This document shows, piece by piece, positions 60,445-64,000 of a DNA stretch of 64,000 bases. The DNA is taken from the NCBI GenBank assembly GCA_050950285.1, contig JBMNHG010000003.1, positions 492,337-556,336 of the forward strand. The letters are read 5' to 3'. Source of the DNA: Kiritimatiellia bacterium (GTDB lineage: Bacteria; Verrucomicrobiota; Kiritimatiellia; RFP12; JBMNHG01). The notes beneath the pieces are model-generated. The model saw only the letters and a list, made by a program, of their open reading frames with translations. It did not search any database and had not been told where the DNA came from. The position numbers and the translations under genes are program-made. Each line of letters starts with the position of its first letter. Position 1 is the stretch's first letter.

Positions 60445-63400
60445 CTAGCGGAGCAAGAACAGCGTGCCTTGCGACGCTACGCCGCCGGAGAGGCAGATGT
60501 TGTCGAGGTGCCAGCACTCTCCGCCCCAGACGCCGCCGCTGCCGATGTCAAAGCCGGCGATGCCATTGCCCGTGGGCGAATGGAAGCCGAGGCCGGTCGC
60601 GACGCACTCGCCATCGACGTACGCGTCGAAGGTCTGCGACGCCATGTCGAGCACGAACTCGAGGTGGTAGATCGGCGTGCGGTTGCCGAGGTCGCCGCGA
60701 ATGACCATGTCTTCGACAAGCATCGCGCTTTGCTCGTTGCCATGGCCATCCCCGTAGAGGACGACGAGATCATCGCTATGCTGCGGCATCTGGATGCTGA
60801 GAATCACGCCGAAATCCGAGCTCTCCCCGCGATTGGAATGGAGGTTGAAGTAGCACCATCCGTCGTTGTCGTGGGAATTGAAGAGTTGGCCGCCAAACGC
60901 GAGATCCACCGAGAACACCCATGGATCGCCGGCGACATGGCGGTCGGTTCCTGCGATTGGCTCGGTCACGCCGGAGCCGGGAAGGAGCTGGAGGCGGCCG
61001 GTGTCATGGTGGATGCGGACGAACGCCCACTGTGTGGCGAACGGGCCCTGGGGCGCCATCGTGCACGAGTCGGCGCGGTTCATCAGGCTGTAGCGGAGCG
61101 CATGGGTCGGGAGCGTCATGCCGCCGTGGATGTCGTACGGCGCGCACTCGATAGGCACAAAGCCATTTTCAAGCTGCGGCGGGCGCATCATCGGGTCGTC
61201 GTCGAAGGTGATCGCGAACGCACCGATGCGGCGTGTGCGGGCGCGCCGCGAGACGCTCGAGGCGTCGGCGTGGATCGTGACCGTGTAGCGGGTGTGCTCG
61301 GCCAGGCCGCCGACATCCGCCGAGTGCGACGTGCCGTATGCGCCAAAAGCGGAGCGAACGGTTTCGCCGCCACCATCAGGCGCGCACTCGATCCAGCCGA
61401 TTGCGGCGATGTCGGTCGTCCACGTCGCGGAAAGATGCCCGATATGGTTCGTGGAGATCGCGACGTCCAAGATCACGGGATTGTCGACGAGGTAGTCGAA
61501 GGAGACGGCGGAGCCGGATCGGGCGCCGCCGGCCTCGGCGACAGCGTAGTATGTCTTGCCGGGGACGAGGCCTTCGATCACCGCCGAATGCGATGTGACG
61601 GGCGCGGGTTCGTACGCGGTCACGCCATCCGTGGCGGCGGCGGTCGTGCCGTGCCAGATGCGTCCGCCGGTCGGGGTGGCTGTGGTCCAGGTCGCGGTCG
61701 GGACGCCATCCGACACGGTCACCGCGAGACCGGCGACGGGCGCGGCGGACGCGGCGTAGGCGATGCCCTGCGTGAACTCGGCGATCGCTCCGTCCTCCCC
61801 GAGGAGCCAGAGGGCGACGGCATACTCCGTGCCGTTGGCCGGAGAAGGAATCGTGGCGGAGGACGGGAACGTTCCGGATACCCAGCGGGCGTCGTCGCCG
61901 TCGACGGGAGCTTGCGGGTTCGTGCCGACCTCGAGGATGTACTTCGTGTACCCCGGCCCGAAGGCCGTGCCCGCGATCGAAAGCGCGGAGCCCGTCGCCG
62001 TGGCGGGATCGCCCGTGACGGCGTCCGTCACCCGGAAGCCGGGAATCGTGTTCGCCACCTTGTCGGCGGCGAGGCGGATGTTGTCATAGCGGTACTGCGT
62101 CTCGCCGAACGCGTAGGCGGTCATCTGGGCATGGATGTAGATGCCGCCGATGCCCTTTGTGGCCATTGAGCCATTGAGCGGGTAGACGCCTGGAGCATAC
62201 GCCAGCTCGCCATCTGCGAGGCCGCCTTTCACGCGGAAGGTGCCGGACTCGGCATCGATTTCGACGACGGTGCGATAGCACTGGTTCCCGAGGGCGTTGG
62301 GGATGTAGTCGACATGGCCATCGGGATAGCCTACGAGATAGCCTCTCTCGGCGCAGACGAAGTAGAGAAGGTTGTCGACATTGCCGCTGGCGTCCGGCGC
62401 GGAACGGAGGATGACGGCCGGATAGACGACGCGGTTGGCGATCACATCGTAGAGGGTGTCGGTCGGAGGATAGCCGTAGCCCATGTCGAAGGAGAAGGTC
62501 CACAGGCGGCCGTTGCCGGGATTGGCCGTCGTGCCGGTGAAGGGCGTGAGGTTCGGGGCCTCGAGCTGGAGGGTGCCGCAATCGCTGTTGTGGCCGAAGA
62601 GCCGCGCGTGCTGGGACGTGAAGCCCAAGCCGGGCCGGGGCTGGTCGATGCCGGACCCACGCCATCCGTATCCATTGCGGTGGACGGCCGTCGGATGCTT
62701 CATGCCGCCGTTGGCGTTGAAGGCTTCCGTCGCGATCGGGGTGCCTTCGTTCGCCCATTCCTCGCTCTCGAAGTCGAGGTTGAAGGCTTCGTATTTCGCG
62801 ATCAGGGTCACGAGGACGTTCGTCGAAGCCGACACGCCGGCCTCGTTCATGCCGGCGAGGGTGACGATGTAGGGCTGTGCGCGCGGAGCGAGGGTGAGAT
62901 AGTCCGCGGCGGGCGTCTGGTCCTCGGGGCAGGAAACGACGAGGCTCGAGAAGACGCCGAGGTTCGGCAGGGAACCTTTGTCGATGTCGGCAACGGTGAT
63001 GGTCGCGGACTGGTCGCCGAGGCAGGGCGGCGCGCAATCTTCCGCGATCATGGTCGGCGGCGTGTTCGAGTAGACGATGCCGTACGACGTGGAGTAGAGC
63101 GTGCTGTTCGTGGACTGGAGCCAGACATGGATGTCCACGAGCCCGCTCGGGTCGGTCTCGGGGAAGGCGATGGAGCCGGGGACGTCCGCGGGGTCGTAGG
63201 CGAGCCATCCGTCGGGATCGAGGTCGGCGGGGTCGGAGGAGAGGGAAACCTGGTATCGGTCGCAATCGTCCTTCACGGGGAAGACGGCGGCGTTCAATAC
63301 GTTCGTGCAGGTGTAGGCGGCGCTGCCCGTGATCGGATTCTTCAGCACCAAGTCCGTTGCCGCCAGCCGGTATGAGATGTCCGTGAAGAACTGGTCGTTG

Positions 63401-63945
63401 CGGTCCGTCATGCTCACGCGCACGTAGTCGCCGCCGCCGCCTTCCTGGAGCTTGATGGTGATGGAGTTGACGCCCGGCGAGAGGTAGTCGTCGCAGACGT
63501 GTTCCTGGCCGTCGTAGTTCTGGCGGTAGATCTGGCGCCCGTTGCAGAAGACCTTGAGATGGTCGTCATGGTAGAAGCGGTAGCGGACTTCGCGGGTGTC
63601 GGCGCCCGGCACGACAAGATAGATGTGGAAGTAGGCGACGTACTGGTCGGTGTCGGGCTTCCACATGCCGCTGGCGTCGACCGTCATCTCCGTCCAGGTG
63701 TAGGTGCCGGCGGCGCCGAGGTCGACCGTCATGCCGTCGAAGGGGCGGATGTTCGCCTCGCTGCCATGGCCATGGGCCTGGAAGATGTCGGAGTCGATGT
63801 TGCAGTATGCGGTGGGGATGTTTTGCTGGAGCGTCGATCCGAGATGGAGCATGTGCCGCCAGTAGCCCTGCGGCAGGAGTTGGGCATTGGCGAAGGCCGC
63901 GAAGCCGAAGACGGCGGTGGCCACAAGAATCGGACGTACTTTCAT
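60445..63945 (-). CDS. Large secreted beta-sandwich protein (PA14-like and FN3-like modules); C-terminal QGTLFLLR tag
   Basis: GGAGG RBS; signal peptide ...GFAAFANA. HDDHLKVFCNG...GVNSITIKL (PA14-like); ATWTT...HSAVIEGLVPGKTYY and ATWTTD...HSADVGGLAEHTRY (FN3-like pair). Confidence 0.8.
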   Translation of the reverse strand: MKVRPILVATAVFGFAAFANAQLLPQGYWRHMLHLGSTLQQNIPTAYCNIDSDIFQAHGHGSEANIRPFDGMTVDLGAAGTYTWTEMTVDASGMWKPDTDQYVAYFHIYLVVPGADTREVRYRFYHDDHLKVFCNGRQIYRQNYDGQEHVCDDYLSPGVNSITIKLQEGGGGDYVRVSMTDRNDQFFTDISYRLAATDLVLKNPITGSAAYTCTNVLNAAVFPVKDDCDRYQVSLSSDPADLDPDGWLAYDPADVPGSIAFPETDPSGLVDIHVWLQSTNSTLYSTSYGIVYSNTPPTMIAEDCAPPCLGDQSATITVADIDKGSLPNLGVFSSLVVSCPEDQTPAADYLTLAPRAQPYIVTLAGMNEAGVSASTNVLVTLIAKYEAFNLDFESEEWANEGTPIATEAFNANGGMKHPTAVHRNGYGWRGSGIDQPRPGLGFTSQHARLFGHNSDCGTLQLEAPNLTPFTGTTANPGNGRLWTFSFDMGYGYPPTDTLYDVIANRVVYPAVILRSAPDASGNVDNLLYFVCAERGYLVGYPDGHVDYIPNALGNQCYRTVVEIDAESGTFRVKGGLADGELAYAPGVYPLNGSMATKGIGGIYIHAQMTAYAFGETQYRYDNIRLAADKVANTIPGFRVTDAVTGDPATATGSALSIAGTAFGPGYTKYILEVGTNPQAPVDGDDARWVSGTFPSSATIPSPANGTEYAVALWLLGEDGAIAEFTQGIAYAASAAPVAGLAVTVSDGVPTATWTTATPTGGRIWHGTTAAATDGVTAYEPAPVTSHSAVIEGLVPGKTYYAVAEAGGARSGSAVSFDYLVDNPVILDVAISTNHIGHLSATWTTDIAAIGWIECAPDGGGETVRSAFGAYGTSHSADVGGLAEHTRYTVTIHADASSVSRRARTRRIGAFAITFDDDPMMRPPQLENGFVPIECAPYDIHGGMTLPTHALRYSLMNRADSCTMAPQGPFATQWAFVRIHHDTGRLQLLPGSGVTEPIAGTDRHVAGDPWVFSVDLAFGGQLFNSHDNDGWCYFNLHSNRGESSDFGVILSIQMPQHSDDLVVLYGDGHGNEQSAMLVEDMVIRGDLGNRTPIYHLEFVLDMASQTFDAYVDGECVATGLGFHSPTGNGIAGFDIGSGGVWGGECWHLDNICLSGGVASQGTLFLLR

Positions 63946-64000
63946 GGATGCCTCCTGGGATGATCAGACCAAGGGAAGGATACCTTGGGAAAGGCTCCAA

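Noticed and set aside
52764..62169. Plus-strand ORFs of 1316 aa and 1859 aa
   Set aside because: Antisense shadows of the minus-strand genes, which have RBS, signal peptides and domain motifs.

Overview
High-GC bacterial chromosome segment. The 16S signatures, the XylR-type regulators and the CAZyme repertoire point to the PVC superphylum, most likely Kiritimatiellae/Lentisphaerae (inference). 1-36.8 kb is a dense glycan-degradation region: GH2, GH78, GH127, GH5, GH95-like, GH51, GH39-like, CE7/CE15/SGNH esterases, a GH109-like oxidoreductase, two XylR/AraC regulators and a prepilin-type protein. It also holds REP-like repeats, a three-level nested non-autonomous mobile element and a restriction-enzyme relic. 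37.0-42.7 kb is a complete rRNA operon (16S-tRNA-Ala-tRNA-Ile-23S-5S) with three tandem promoters. 42.7-52.9 kb holds murF, a sugar-kinase/UDP-sugar-pyrophosphorylase fusion next to a UDP-glucuronate epimerase, rpoN, and trpB2 with a complete Trp attenuator. 52.9-64 kb encodes three large exported or membrane proteins. The best candidate for an undescribed system is a short C-terminal tag, [R/Q]-[G/E]-T-L-(3 hydrophobic)-R-stop. It ends three otherwise dissimilar signal-peptide-bearing proteins, two of which look like autotransporter passengers lacking a barrel, suggesting a lineage-specific protein-sorting or surface-display pathway.
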